Below, one piece after another: positions 41,925-53,724 of a DNA stretch of 64,000 nt; within the stretch, counting starts at the first letter, position 1; the number at the start of each line of letters is the position of its first letter. The position numbers were made by a program, and so were the translations under genes. Under the pieces are notes generated by a model. That model was not told the origin of the DNA. It searched no databases and saw nothing but the letters and a program-made list of their open reading frames with translations. The DNA is taken from positions 5,208,001 to 5,272,000 of the forward strand of contig OZ024756.1 in assembly GCA_964016885.1 (NCBI GenBank), in the 5' to 3' direction. The stretch comes from Eledone cirrhosa (taxonomy: Eukaryota).

Positions 41925-42420
41925 CCTAGTTAATACAGTGTCCCTTAATCGAAGATCTAACAACATTGTTATTATATCTCTGATCACCTTGTGATACGAA
42001 AACTTTGTGAGAACACTAAATTGATAATAGTTTTCCTCTGTGAAATTCATTTCCTGTACCATTTTATCCTATTGCAGAGACAATTCTTTCATCTCTGTCT
42101 CAAAGTTTTTCAACTTAAAAAAATATTAGAAAAAACAACAACAAGAAAAACAGTTGGAGTAATTGGTTCTTGATTGTATATTCTCAAAACCTACTTCATA
42201 TCTATCTGATGAAGTATTCTCTGAACTTTCATCAACTTTATATTAGAATCTACCACTTCACTTTACTACTGGCCTAAACATTTGTCTCTTTCCGTTTTAT
42301 TGTCAAGTCTTTTTATCCTGTAAAAGAAAGCTTTTTCTCTGTCTTCTCTACTTTCGCTATTTTCTATATCCTCCAAAACCTCGTTTAATATCTAAATAAC
42401 CAATGCGACATTCATCTATT
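41925..42420 (-). pseudogene. Possible highly decayed hAT transposase C-terminal remnant
   Basis: NFTEENYYQFSVLTKFSYHKVIRDIITMLLDL resembles the hAT dimerisation-domain pattern; weak. Confidence 0.3.
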
Positions 42421-42575
42421 AGATAACATATATTTACTGGTTTAGGGATATATCTTGACATGCGCACATACACACACATAAACGTGCGCAGTCACAACTA
42501 TACATATGTAGTACTGGTATATAGATATATATGGACAGCTTTATCTCTACCTAAATCAACCAATATATATATATT

Positions 42576-42815
42576 TATTATTAGAAATGTAAGCTATCGC
42601 CGTATTTTGACTAAAGAAATTAAAGAAATTATTTAGCCTGATAGTGGGGTTAAGAACCCTCGGAGAATACTCATCTTTTTCCATTTCTCCGAGGGTTCTT
42701 AACCCCACTATCAGGCTAAATAATTTCTTTAATTTCTTTAGTCAAAATACGGCGATAGCTTACATTTCTAATAATTTCAAACCAACTCGCTGTTTCGAAA
42801 ATATCCTTACATATA
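42576..42815. repeat. Perfect ~200-bp palindrome with short spacer and one-sided tail
   Basis: ttagaaatgtaagctatcgccg...ccctcggagaa (spacer) ttctccgaggg...gcttacatttctaa. Confidence 0.9.
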
Positions 42816-42852
42816 TATTTATATATATATATACACACATACACACACGCTA

Positions 42853-42886
<34 letters not shown>

Positions 42887-42955
42887 ATGTATAGATATAT
42901 AGATAGGTATGTAATTCTTTCTCTCTCGCTCTCTCTCTCTCTCCCTCTCTCTCTC

Positions 42956-43069
<114 letters not shown>

Positions 43070-43080
43070 TATATATATAT

Positions 43081-43237
43081 AACGAAGGAAATGTGGTAAG
43101 GAACCAGGTGGACCATAACGCACCAAAGTACTCAATACTTAGGGTAGTAGAGTGGGTAATAGGAACGAGTAGGACCCCGACGGCTGATCTCAAGCCGTTT
43201 CGACGGCTTGAGCTCAGCCGTCGGGGTCCTACTCGTT

Positions 43238-43240
<3 letters not shown>
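43081..43240 (-). mobile_element. Fold-back element (family C), half-hammerhead at the axis
   Basis: Minus strand GCCGTC GAAA CGGCTTGAGATCAGCCG TC GGGGTC; (TA)n on both sides; homologous to 44381-44567, 50082-50290 and 59489-59555. Confidence 0.75.
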
Positions 43241-43298
<58 letters not shown>

Positions 43299-43477
43299 AT
43301 AGAGAAATTAATGTAAGCAAAATGCCATCAATAATTCAGACATATAAGTGACTATAACATCAAGATGAAATATTTTTAATATATAAGTAAAGGGATATTT
43401 AATTTGTTGGTAATTAAACAAATATATTTATTTATAACTAATTCGAAGCAATCGAATGATTTTCCGGTGTATAATAT

Positions 43478-44185
43478 CAATGATATTAATAAATGGAAAC
43501 TATATTTATAAAACCATATTTATTCTATTATATATATTTCAAGGGTACCAAAACTTTGGTACGCTTTCATCAAATATATATGTAAAATGTAAAATTAACA
43601 TCCTTCGTAACTCATATTAGAAATGTAAACAAATTAATTGTTTCTACTATTGGCACATGGCCAGCAAATACCCAGTACATTACTGGTACTTTATTTTATC
43701 GACCCCGTAAGGATGAAAGGCAAAGTTAACGCCAGCGGGATTTGAACTGAGAATGGTAAGGGCCGTAACTCTATGCGTCAACGCATGGTGTCCGACCCTC
43801 TACCGATACTGCCAATTCGCAACAAATTAATCCGTATGTTTTATATCTATATAGTCACCAATAATATTTATATTTATACACTTATTAATCTATATAGATA
43901 GTTTGACTTTCCAGGGATAACTTGAACCGTTAAGGTATATTATCCTTGGTTATGTCAAATATTTAAAAAACATTTTGTATTATATCTGATGAAAGCGTAC
44001 CAAAGTGTAGATACTCTTGAAATATATATAATAGAATAAATATGGTTTTATAAATATTGTTTCCATTTATTTACTATCATTGAATATTTACTCCAGAAAA
44101 CTGTCGAGTGCTCTGAATCAGTTATAAACATTTATATTTGTTGTATTTCCGACAAATTAAATATCCCTTCTACTTATATATATAT
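43478..44185 (+). mobile_element. Family B fold-back element, hammerhead at 43978-44038, SINE inserted in the spacer (43636-43818, TSD aacaaattaat)
   Basis: tatat CTGATGA aagcgtacc..atactctt GAAA tatata TA atagaata; mirrored at 43515-43575. Confidence 0.78.
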
Positions 44186-44336
44186 CGAAGCGCTAGTTTT
44201 GGTTATTTGTTGGAGATTCCTTCATAGAAGCCTCATTCGTATAGCCTGGTCTATTCGATTTTTTATATAGTTAATTATGCTAATTGGGAGAGGAAATAGT
44301 ATATATTTTATCTTGTGATTCTATAGACATGTTTTA

Positions 44337-44380
<44 letters not shown>

Positions 44381-44383
<3 letters not shown>

Positions 44384-44567
44384 AACCAGTAAGACCCCGA
44401 CGGCTGAGCTCAAGCCGTTTCGACGGCTAACTCGAATTAGCCGTCGAAACGGCTTGAGCTCAGCCGTCGGGGTCTTACTGGTTCCTATTACCCACTCTAC
44501 TACCCAAAGTATTGAGTACTTTGGTGCGTTATGGTCCACCTGGTTCCTTACCACATTTCCTTCGTTA
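44381..44567 (+). mobile_element. Family C fold-back element
   Basis: GACGGCTAA ctcgaa TTAGCCGTC GAAA CGGCTTGAGCTCAGCCG TC GGGGTC; the axis is the stem II loop. Confidence 0.78.
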
Positions 44568-44590
44568 TATATATATATATATATATATAT

Positions 44591-44627
<37 letters not shown>

Positions 44628-44709
44628 TATGTATATATATATATATATATATCTTATGTATATATATATATCTTATGTATATATATACATATATATATAT
44701 ATATATACA

Positions 44710-47700
44710 TGTCCTGGGTATGACATTAAACTACATCCAGTGGCAAGGCTCCAGTTCGGGAGTTCAGGAGATGTGGGGAATGTGGAGTTACCCCTTAGTT
44801 GTCATGACTCCCAGGTCTGCCCTGGCCCGGGGTGGTAGTACCTGTTAGGGCTCCATTTATGGGTTAAATAACTACCTTATTCGAGTGGCGCCGGTAAGGT
44901 ATTGTCAGCCATTGAAAAGAAATATGGAGAGTCGATCTAACAGCACTAGGGTTAGAGCCCATAATTACACTGTCAAGGAGCAGCCTGGTCGTTATGACTC
45001 TGCTGGCTTAGAGCCACAGAGAGGGCCAGTGGATGATGGATCAGCTGTCTCTGAGACAAATATAAAGAATGCAGTTTTGTCCTGCAGAAGAGCCATCAAA
45101 ATGGGCACTTTGCATGTGAGGACTATTCGAACGCTGGAGAAGAGAGAGGAGTTGGGACATCTGTTCGAGGAGAGTGGTATACAGATACTTGCGATCCAAG
45201 AACACTGGATTCTACACAATGAGCCCGCGAGGAGTGTGATGATCGGGAGGAAGAGCCAGCTCATCACTACATCGGCAGTGAAGAACACAACAAATGCTGC
45301 AGTAGGAGGAGTGGGTTTTGTGTTCAGTGCAAAAACCAATCTGTTGGTGAGGGAAATAATGCCTATCTCCCCGCGAGTGTTGAGGGTGACCTTCAATGGA
45401 AACCCAAGACTGACAGTCATCTCAGCCTATAGTCCAACCGAGAGGGACAGTGATGTGAATGCCGAGGAGTTCCATGAAGAGGTGTGTAGAGCTGTCAACA
45501 CCACTCAGGCACACCATATCCTGCTTGTTTTGGGGGACTTCAATGCACATCTGAGTAAGGAGGGCAGTGAAGATCCTTGCTGGTACTTCCATAACAACAC
45601 CAACCGAAATGGAAGACTACTGAGAGACACCCTGCTGGAGGCGAACTTGATGGCGACCAACCTAAGGTTTAGGAAGAATCTGGGGAAGATGTGGACCTAC
45701 ATCTCAGATATGCACCTGTCCAAGTCCCAGATTGATTTCATTCTGGTGAGGAAAAAGTGGCGGAATAGTGTTCTGAACACGGAACCATACAGCTATTTCA
45801 GTACACTGGGTAGTGACCACCGGCTTGTTATGAGTGAGGTCCGCGTGAGCTTAAGAAAGAGCAAGGCTCAGCCCCGGAGAACAATCTATGACTGGGGAGC
45901 TTTCAAGGAAGATGATAAGCTACAGGAGAGGTTCACAGTGGAAGTGAGAAACAGGTTTAGTGCTCTGTGTGGAGAGTCAGAGGAGAGAGAGATTGGATGG
46001 ACTGGGGAGAGTGTGACGAGGAGGTACGGGCACTTCACCAATGCAGTGGCGAAAGCAAGTGAAACCCTGGTGCCGAGGAAAAAGAACAAAGGGAAGCACG
46101 TCAGCTCTGCAAACCCAAAAGTGTGTGCAGCCAGAGAACACCTGAAAGCTGCCAGGGACCAATTCTATGCTGATCCTACGGAGGAGAGGATGGAGACTGT
46201 GGAGGTGATGAGGGAAGAGCTCTGTACCGCTTACACTGAGGTCAGAGAGGAGGCACTGATAGAGAAGATCAGAAGTGTGGAGAGAGCGGTTGACAGATCT
46301 GGATGTAAGGAGAGCTGGATGATCATCAACGAGATCACAGGGAGGAAGAAAAGGTGTTCGAGTCAGATCCAGGGAACGGGGCCCGAGGATAGGAAGAGGA
46401 AATGGCTAGACCATTTTAGGACCCTACTAGGAGAGCCACCCTCCACAGCCCAGAGCACTGGGGAGATCAGGCAGCTGTTTGAGGAACTGGATGTTGAGAC
46501 AGAGCCCTTCACCAGAGAGGAGCTTCAGAGAGCCAAGAAGAAGATCAAGGAGGGCAAGGCTCATGGAGAAGATGGAGTGGCATCAGAGGTGATGAAGAGG
46601 TGTGATTTTGATGATATCATCCTGGGGTTCTGTAACGGGGCACTGGAGAAAGGAGTTGCCCCGAATCAGTGGAGGATCAGTAACATCGTCCCAGTGCCAA
46701 AGAAGGTAGATCTATCTAACACCAACAACTACCGGGGGATCTCACTGACGTCACTTGTGGCAAAGACCCTCAACAGGATGATTCTTAACAGGATCCAGCC
46801 TGAGATGGAGAAGAAGCTCAGGGACAACCAGAACGGCTTCAGAGAGGGTAGATCAACCACCAGTCACATCCTGATGCTGAGGAGGATATTAGAGGGAGCT
46901 AGAGCAAAGTGCCTTCCCGCGCTCATGGTTTTCATTGACTTTAGGAAGGCCTTTGATTCTGTGGACCGTTACTGCCTGATGAAGATCTTACAGGCTTATG
47001 GAATCCCCAAGAGGATAGTGGACCTGATATCACTGCTCTACACCAACACCAAAGCCCAAGTCATTACACCTGATGGGATGACAGAGTTCTTTGAGATACT
47101 GGCTGGAGTGCTCCAGGGAGATACATTGGCTCCCTACCTTTTTATCATCGTAGTGGACTATTGTATGCGCCTTGCACTGGAGAAACACCAGGACACTGGC
47201 TTTACTGTAGCACCGGCTCAGAGCAGGAGAGTTGGGGCGAAAAAGGTATCGGATGCTGAATTTGCCGACGACGTAGTTTTGGTGACAAATACAGTGAAGG
47301 AGGCAGAGGATTTGATGCGGGAGGTTGAGACTGTGTCGATGAGTGTGGGGCTGAGAATGAATGACACTAAAACAAAATATCTGGTAGAGAATGTTGAGAA
47401 GCCAGAGGGGATCACTAATGTAGGCGGGAAGCTGCTGGAATTGGTTGAGGACTTCCTGTATTTGGAAGCAAAGATTGGGAATACGGAACATGATGTGGTT
47501 GAGAGGAAGAGCAAGGCCTGGGCTGCGTGTCACAGCTTGAGATCAGTGTGGAAGTCGGACCTTCGTAGAGACCTGAAAATCCTCCTCTTCATTGCTGTAG
47601 TGGAGTCTGTGCTGCTGTATGGGTCTGAGACTTGGACACTGACCAAGAGACTCACTCAGATGGTGGATGGGTGCTACACGAGAATGCTGAGGATGGCTCT

Positions 47701-47930
47701 GAACATTAATCAGTATACACTGAGGATGAAAAACTCAGAGCTGTATGGGAGCATCCCAAAAGTCAGCTCAAAAGTGACACAGAGAAGACTGAGGTTGGCT
47801 GGACATGCTCACCGACATCCAGAGTTGACATTGCACTCAGTGCTCCTTTGGGAGCCCCTACATGGACACACTAGGAGAGGATGACCAAGGTTAACATATG
47901 TTGACACTGGTCTGTTGGAGATGCAGGATT
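44710..47930 (+). mobile_element. Near full-length RTE-clade LINE inserted in (TA)n
   Basis: ~200-nt 5' UTR from 44710; single APE-RT ORF; 3' end damaged relative to the copy at 8914-9318. Confidence 0.93.
44885..47884 (+). CDS. APE endonuclease + reverse transcriptase (RTE-clade ORF), 999 aa; first ATG at 44924
   Basis: LAIQEH, GGVGF, SAYSPT, LGDFNA, IDFI, GSDH; NYRGISL, QNGFR, FIDFRKAFDSV, GVLQGDTLAPYLF, FADD, LYGSETW. Confidence 0.93.
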   Translation: MAPVRYCQPLKRNMESRSNSTRVRAHNYTVKEQPGRYDSAGLEPQRGPVDDGSAVSETNIKNAVLSCRRAIKMGTLHVRTIRTLEKREELGHLFEESGIQILAIQEHWILHNEPARSVMIGRKSQLITTSAVKNTTNAAVGGVGFVFSAKTNLLVREIMPISPRVLRVTFNGNPRLTVISAYSPTERDSDVNAEEFHEEVCRAVNTTQAHHILLVLGDFNAHLSKEGSEDPCWYFHNNTNRNGRLLRDTLLEANLMATNLRFRKNLGKMWTYISDMHLSKSQIDFILVRKKWRNSVLNTEPYSYFSTLGSDHRLVMSEVRVSLRKSKAQPRRTIYDWGAFKEDDKLQERFTVEVRNRFSALCGESEEREIGWTGESVTRRYGHFTNAVAKASETLVPRKKNKGKHVSSANPKVCAAREHLKAARDQFYADPTEERMETVEVMREELCTAYTEVREEALIEKIRSVERAVDRSGCKESWMIINEITGRKKRCSSQIQGTGPEDRKRKWLDHFRTLLGEPPSTAQSTGEIRQLFEELDVETEPFTREELQRAKKKIKEGKAHGEDGVASEVMKRCDFDDIILGFCNGALEKGVAPNQWRISNIVPVPKKVDLSNTNNYRGISLTSLVAKTLNRMILNRIQPEMEKKLRDNQNGFREGRSTTSHILMLRRILEGARAKCLPALMVFIDFRKAFDSVDRYCLMKILQAYGIPKRIVDLISLLYTNTKAQVITPDGMTEFFEILAGVLQGDTLAPYLFIIVVDYCMRLALEKHQDTGFTVAPAQSRRVGAKKVSDAEFADDVVLVTNTVKEAEDLMREVETVSMSVGLRMNDTKTKYLVENVEKPEGITNVGGKLLELVEDFLYLEAKIGNTEHDVVERKSKAWAACHSLRSVWKSDLRRDLKILLFIAVVESVLLYGSETWTLTKRLTQMVDGCYTRMLRMALNINQYTLRMKNSELYGSIPKVSSKVTQRRLRLAGHAHRHPELTLHSVLLWEPLHGHTRRG

Positions 47931-47945
47931 TAAATATAACTTTCC

Positions 47946-47980
<35 letters not shown>

Positions 47981-48127
47981 TATATATATATATATGTACA
48001 TATATATATATATGTACATATATATATATATACATAGACCACACATATTTACAAAAGTGCAATGTTAGACATGAACCCAATTACCGTTACAATTCTGGTA
48101 CAGATGATAGAAAGAGCCATTATTTAT

Positions 48128-48217
48128 TTGCCTTTCATCCTTACGGGGTCGATAAAATAAAGTACCAGTAATGTACTGGGTATTTGCTGGCCTTGTGCCT
48201 AAAGTAGAAACAATTAT
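48128..48217 (+). mobile_element. SINE 3' half
   Basis: tttgcctttcatccttacggggtcgataaaataaagtacc. Confidence 0.85.
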
Positions 48218-48336
48218 TTATGTCACTCAGTTATGCCTAATTAAGTCCCGTGAAACATCATTAGATCTATTTCTGAATCTACTGTCATTAAGGAAGAGAG
48301 ATGTTGTCCCGTTTGACAGATGATGTTACCTCTGAA

Positions 48337-48710
48337 GCCCGGGGCACTGCAGGTTTTGAGGGGTGTCCTCATACACTCCTCTGAAGTCAACGAATGTTTC
48401 TTTAGGATATGGTCAGGGCCTGATTTAATGGGGGAGGTGTAAAAGGAGGTAATTACCTCGAGCCACCTGAAGTGGGCGGTTCCCACCCGTCTCCGACGGC
48501 CCTAGCAATTTATTTGTACCCACTGTTGGGCTTTTTAGTTTTAGGATGGTTAGATTTTTTGAATTTAATACCTGTATGTATACTTTTACAATTCCAATTA
48601 GTTGGGCCAAGCTGATTTTGATATATAAAATTGGGAGGGGAGTTGTCGGTGTGTATTCTATTTTTCTGTGTATGAGGACACCCCTCAAAACCTGCAGTGC
48701 CCCGGGCCCG
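48337..48710. mobile_element. MITE-like element with ~40-bp terminal inverted repeats, related to 29285-29900
   Basis: gggcactgcaggttttgaggggtgtcctcatacac / gtgtatgaggacacccctcaaaacctgcagtgccc; internal part similar to 29709-29810. Confidence 0.6.
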
Positions 48711-49079
48711 CCAAGGTCTAAATCGGACACTGGACATAGTAAGATGCACAAATAACGAAGTGTTTGGCGGTGCTTAAGCCCAACCTCTCTCCGAATCACT
48801 TAAATCCTGAAACCTCTGCAAATATAAAATCACAAAATCGTATACAATGTTGTTCTGTGGTCGACAGAAGCAGTGTAAATGTGCTGAGTATTCCGTTAGT
48901 TGAAGTTATTAAACACGAATCTTCTGTGAATAGTGTGTGTGTGTGTGTGTGTGTGAAAGAGAGAGAGAGAGAGAGTGTGTGTGTGTGTGTACGACCGTCA
49001 TCGTTTCTTACGTGAAGTGTTCCACTTGTTTGAACAAGGGAACTAACTACCGGCTCATGAAGTTAATATGAAATTGGTA

Positions 49080-49315
49080 AATCATTCGACAGTCATGCGC
49101 AGCTTAACGTAGTTTTAACAGTGATTCAGCGTGACAAGATGCGTGACAAGGCTAGCCGTTCGAATTACAGGTACAGATCATTATTTGTCAGCTGAGTGGA
49201 ATGGACCAGCGTGAAATAAAGTGTCTTGTTTAAGGATACAACGAGCTGTCGGTGATCGAACTCCCAACATCATGCTCTTGACCCAAAAGTCAATCACGAA
49301 GCCATGCCACTTCAC
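49080..49315 (-). mobile_element. Second SINE family (CORE-like), degenerate
   Basis: aaagtgtcttgtttaaggatacaac resembles a reverse CORE motif; gatcgaactc is a reverse B-box; related 3' piece at 23232-23320. Confidence 0.55.
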
Positions 49316-49388
49316 GCCCCAAAATAACACTCACACAAAAACTCTCTCTCTTTCTCTCATCTCTCTCACACAGACACATACACACGCG

Positions 49389-49471
<83 letters not shown>

Positions 49472-49756
49472 CTATATCTATTTACTTCATATAATCTTAA
49501 TTGCAAGATTTCTTATCTGAAAACGTGTGTTCGTACAGATATTGTTATACTTTGGGAGGGGCATGCCTCCAATAAAAAACAGATGCGTGTGTTTTTATTG
49601 GCAGGATGACCCTACCAAAGTATAACAGTATGTATGTATTGTGTATGCATGCATGTATGAACATATATTTACCTTAAGAATATATATATATATATATATG
49701 TATTAGGATGGGTGCTCTGAAATAGCGATGTTTGAAGTAGCGAAGTTTGAAGTAGC

Positions 49757-50651
49757 AAAGTTTGAAGTAGTGAGAAAGGATTAGCTATACCATCATATAT
49801 CTATATATAAGTACACAGCATAGAGAGGAAATGACATAAAATATAACTACTTCGATGCTACTTAACGCACGATATTACGGTTTAATTATTGCTGGAACTT
49901 TACTCTTTTACCTGTTCCAGCCATCCGGCTGAGGCCATGCTGGGGCACCCTAACCCTTTACTAATTTTAATGTATTTGGATAGTTTTTTTAATTTTCATT
50001 TTCGTATTACAAGCACAAATAAGCGCATAAGCATAAACATGTATAGACATCCACACATGTATGTATAACTATATATATATATAGGAAAAAGTATGACCCC
50101 GACGGCAGAGCTCAAGCCGTTTCGACGGCTATTTCTGGACTAAAATTCAGTATTTTAGTCCAGAAATAGCCGTCGAAACAGCTTGAGCTCTGCCGTCGGG
50201 GTCATACTTTTTCCTATTTCACACTCTACTACCCTAAGTATTGAGTACTCTGGTGCGTTATGGTCCATCCTTAGCACAATTCCTTTGTTATATATATACA
50301 TACATATATATATATCGGACACTGTATATATATATATAGGTATACATACATGTGTGGTTGTCTATACGTTTTTATGCTTATGCGCTTATTTGTGCTTGTA
50401 ATACGAAAATGAAAATAAAAAACTATTAAAATACATTAAAATTAGTAAAGGGTTAAGGTGCCCCAGCATGGCCTCAGCCGGATAGCTGGAACAGGTAAAA
50501 GAGCAAAGTTCCAGCAATAATTAAACCGTAATATCGTGCGTTAAGTAGCATCAAAGTAGTTATATTTTATGTGACATTTCCTCTCTATGCTGTGTACATA
50601 TATATAGATATATGATGGTATAGCTAATCCTTTCTCACTACTTCAAACTTT
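49757..50651. repeat. ~900-bp palindrome centred on a family C stem II (axis about 50148), including ~320 bp of flanking DNA
   Basis: 49757-50075 mirrors 50335-50651; GACGGCTATTTCTGGACTAAAAT tcagt ATTTTAGTCCAGAAATAGCCGTC GAAA. Confidence 0.88.
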
Positions 50652-50722
50652 GAGTTGTTGCTGAAGCTTACATACCTGTAATATTAGACCTGTCAAACGT
50701 TGGACGATCACCTGATAGTTTC

Positions 50723-50978
50723 TCTTCTTCTTCTTCTTCTTCTTCTTCTTCTTCTTCTTCTTCTTCTTCTTCTTCTTCTTCTTCTTCTTCTTCTTCTTCT
50801 TCTTCTTCTTCTTCTTCTTCTTCTTCTTCTTCTTCTTCTTCTTTGCCTTCTTCTTCTTCTGCTTTGCCTTCTTCTTTGCCTTCTTCTTCTTCTTCTTCTT
50901 CTTCTTCTTCTTCTTCTTCTTCTTCTTCTTCTTCTTCTTCTTCTTCTTCTTCTTCTTCTTCTTCTTCTTCTTCTTCTT
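50723..50978. repeat. (CTT)n with GCC interruptions
   Basis: Direct observation; same interruption style as 3516-3776. Confidence 0.95.
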
Positions 50979-51036
50979 TACCAAATTTTGACCTTGTACC
51001 TCAATCAGAAACCATTATCATCATTATTATTATTAT

Positions 51037-51222
51037 TGGATTGGCAGTATCGGTAGAAGGTCGGACACCATGCTTTGCAGCATAGAGTTACGTCCCTTTG
51101 CGGCCTGAGTTCAAATCCCGCCGAGGTTAATTTTGCCATTTATCCTTACAGGGTCGATAAAATAAAGTACCAGTAATGCACTGGGATAATTTCTGGCCTT
51201 GTGCCAAAAGTATGAACAATTA
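51037..51222 (+). mobile_element. tRNA-derived SINE
   Basis: Family consensus. Confidence 0.9.
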
Positions 51223-52058
51223 TCATTATGTTGTGGGTGGTGAATTTCAGAGAAGCGGCATTGGAGTTGTGGGACAAAATAAAAGGAAAAAACTACAACA
51301 AAACAACAGAAAACTCAGCCCAGTAGAATCGATATTATGAACAAAGTAAAGGAAATTGTAAATTATCTTATAAGGGAAGTACTTAAGAAGGTGGCTATAA
51401 ATTAAGCGACTATAAAATGTAACGGATCGAAAACAACAAGAACAACAACTAAAATATGAGACTAAACATCAACAAAAACAAAATAAAAAGCATTTGACAC
51501 TTAGAAGAGTAAAATAAATAAATAAACAACATCAACAAAAATAAACGAGAGTAAACGAGATTAAACGAGACTAAACAACAACAAAAAGCAAAAATAGGGG
51601 ATTTGAAACTTAGAAGAGTAAATAAATAAATAAATAAATAAACAACAAAAATAAACAAAAATAACCAAAAATAAACGAGATTAAACGAGACTAAACAACA
51701 ACAAAAAGCAAAAAAGAAAAAGGATTTGAATATTAGAAGGGTAAAATGAATAAATAAATCAGAACTGGACTATAGCTACTGCTAATGCGGTACATCATAT
51801 TACATCAAAGAGTTTCTTAATTGTCGTGTTATTTTTTATAACAAACACCTGACTTTTTTATACCTTAGTGAGGGGCTGGAGTGTAAAAATAATGTAAAAT
51901 AGTTTGTAGCAAACGTAAGTTAAACTAAGAGGTTTTAGTTTAAAGTCCATTAAGAGACTTCAAAGGAACAGCAAGGTTATTTTGGATCGTTACTTGACCA
52001 AAGTAATAAGATGTAAAGTAAGATTCTGGACTACAGGGTGTTATCCAATATCAATTGT

Positions 52059-52247
52059 AACAACAACAACTACAACAGCGGCGACAACAACAGCAACAAT
52101 GGAGACAAGAACAACACTGACAGCAGCAACGACAACAACAGTAACAACAATAACAATAGCGACAGCATCAACAGCAACAGCAGCGACAACAACAACACCT
52201 ACAACAACAATAACAACAACAGCTACAAAAACTGCTACAGCAACAAC
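52059..52247. repeat. (AAC/AGC)n array; another at 54608-54700
   Basis: Direct observation. Confidence 0.9.
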
Positions 52248-52676
52248 TAAAAAACAAAACCCTTTAAATCCTTGTTTCTTGTAGGATTTGAACTAAAGTT
52301 TATTGTGTTGCTCGCTACTTTTATTTATCGACCTCAAAAGGATGAGAGGCAAAGTTGACCCCTTCTTCGGAGAAGACGGTATGATCGAATCCTTGTATTA
52401 TGTCTGATAGTATACTATACAGTTCTCTAACTGCTATAGATCAGTCAATATATAAATATGATCAGCCCTCCGAAACGATCGTAAAACAATGAATGAAATA
52501 TGTAAAATAACTTGCCTTTGTTATCTTTGTTAAACTAAGATGTAATATATCAGACTCTAAATCTGAAAGATTGACTCAGCGAAACACAGAGCCATTCACT
52601 GGATCTCACTGAACTACTTGCTAACAGATTACATTGAGTTCTAACTATAGTATAGTCCACGGAAGATGGACCAAAT

Positions 52677-52724
<48 letters not shown>

Positions 52725-52742
52725 TATATATATAATATATAT

Positions 52743-52944
<202 letters not shown>

Positions 52945-52947
52945 AAT

Positions 52948-53020
<73 letters not shown>

Positions 53021-53022
<2 letters not shown>

Positions 53023-53226
53023 GTGAAAGAGTGAAGAATAACATGGTCAACAGTACAAAAAGGGCTTCATTTACAGTATTAACAATTGTTTCATTGATTA
53101 GGATGTCTAAAGATTGCTAATCACTCGAAGTTGTGTTACTCAATCTTAAATACATTGTATGCCTATTCAAATCATCGGAATAACTGGAAATACTGTTGAC
53201 CATGTTATTCTTCACTCTTTCACTAT
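53021..53226 (-). mobile_element. Element with 34-bp inverted ends and hammerhead-like motif at 53074-53186
   Basis: Minus strand CAGTTATT CCGATGA (long stem II) GAAA CAATTG TT AATACTG. Confidence 0.65.
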
Positions 53227-53302
53227 TATTACACCAAGATTAACCTGCATAGGAACTCGCCACCTAACTAAGGAAACCTCTTGTTGATATAGTAAGAAAA
53301 GC

Positions 53303-53340
53303 GTCTTAACGTTTCGGGCGCTACTCCGTAATCAGAAGAC
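53303..53340 (-). ncRNA. Minimal hammerhead motif (one core substitution)
   Basis: GTCTT CTGATTA cggagtagcgccc GAAA CG TT AAGAC; palindromic stem III AACGTT. Confidence 0.6.
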
Positions 53341-53724
53341 AGAGTAAGAAATTACAAAAAGAAATAGAAAAATTGATGAGACTTAGCTGTGGCAGGAATA
53401 AAAAAAAAATTATTTTATGGTCGGCTGAAAATTTCATAGACTGACTATGAAGCAGTGATGCTAAAACTGTGACATATGGAATGCATTTATTATCTTCTTA
53501 TTAATAACTGAATTATTTCTTTCCAGAAAATATGTTGAAAAATAAACCTCATTTGGTCATTTCATGAGAGTATCTTGAGTAACCTATGAACTTTTCAGCT
53601 TATCCTCATACACGCACACACATACATAGATATATGGTGAGTAATATTAAATATTACCCAGTTACAAGTATAACTATAGCTCAATGTAAAATAACAAGTA
53701 TAATACAGGGCCGAAATATAAAAT

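Noticed and set aside
44992-47533. Antisense ORFs inside the RTE ORF
   Set aside because: Shadow frames of a long coding sequence
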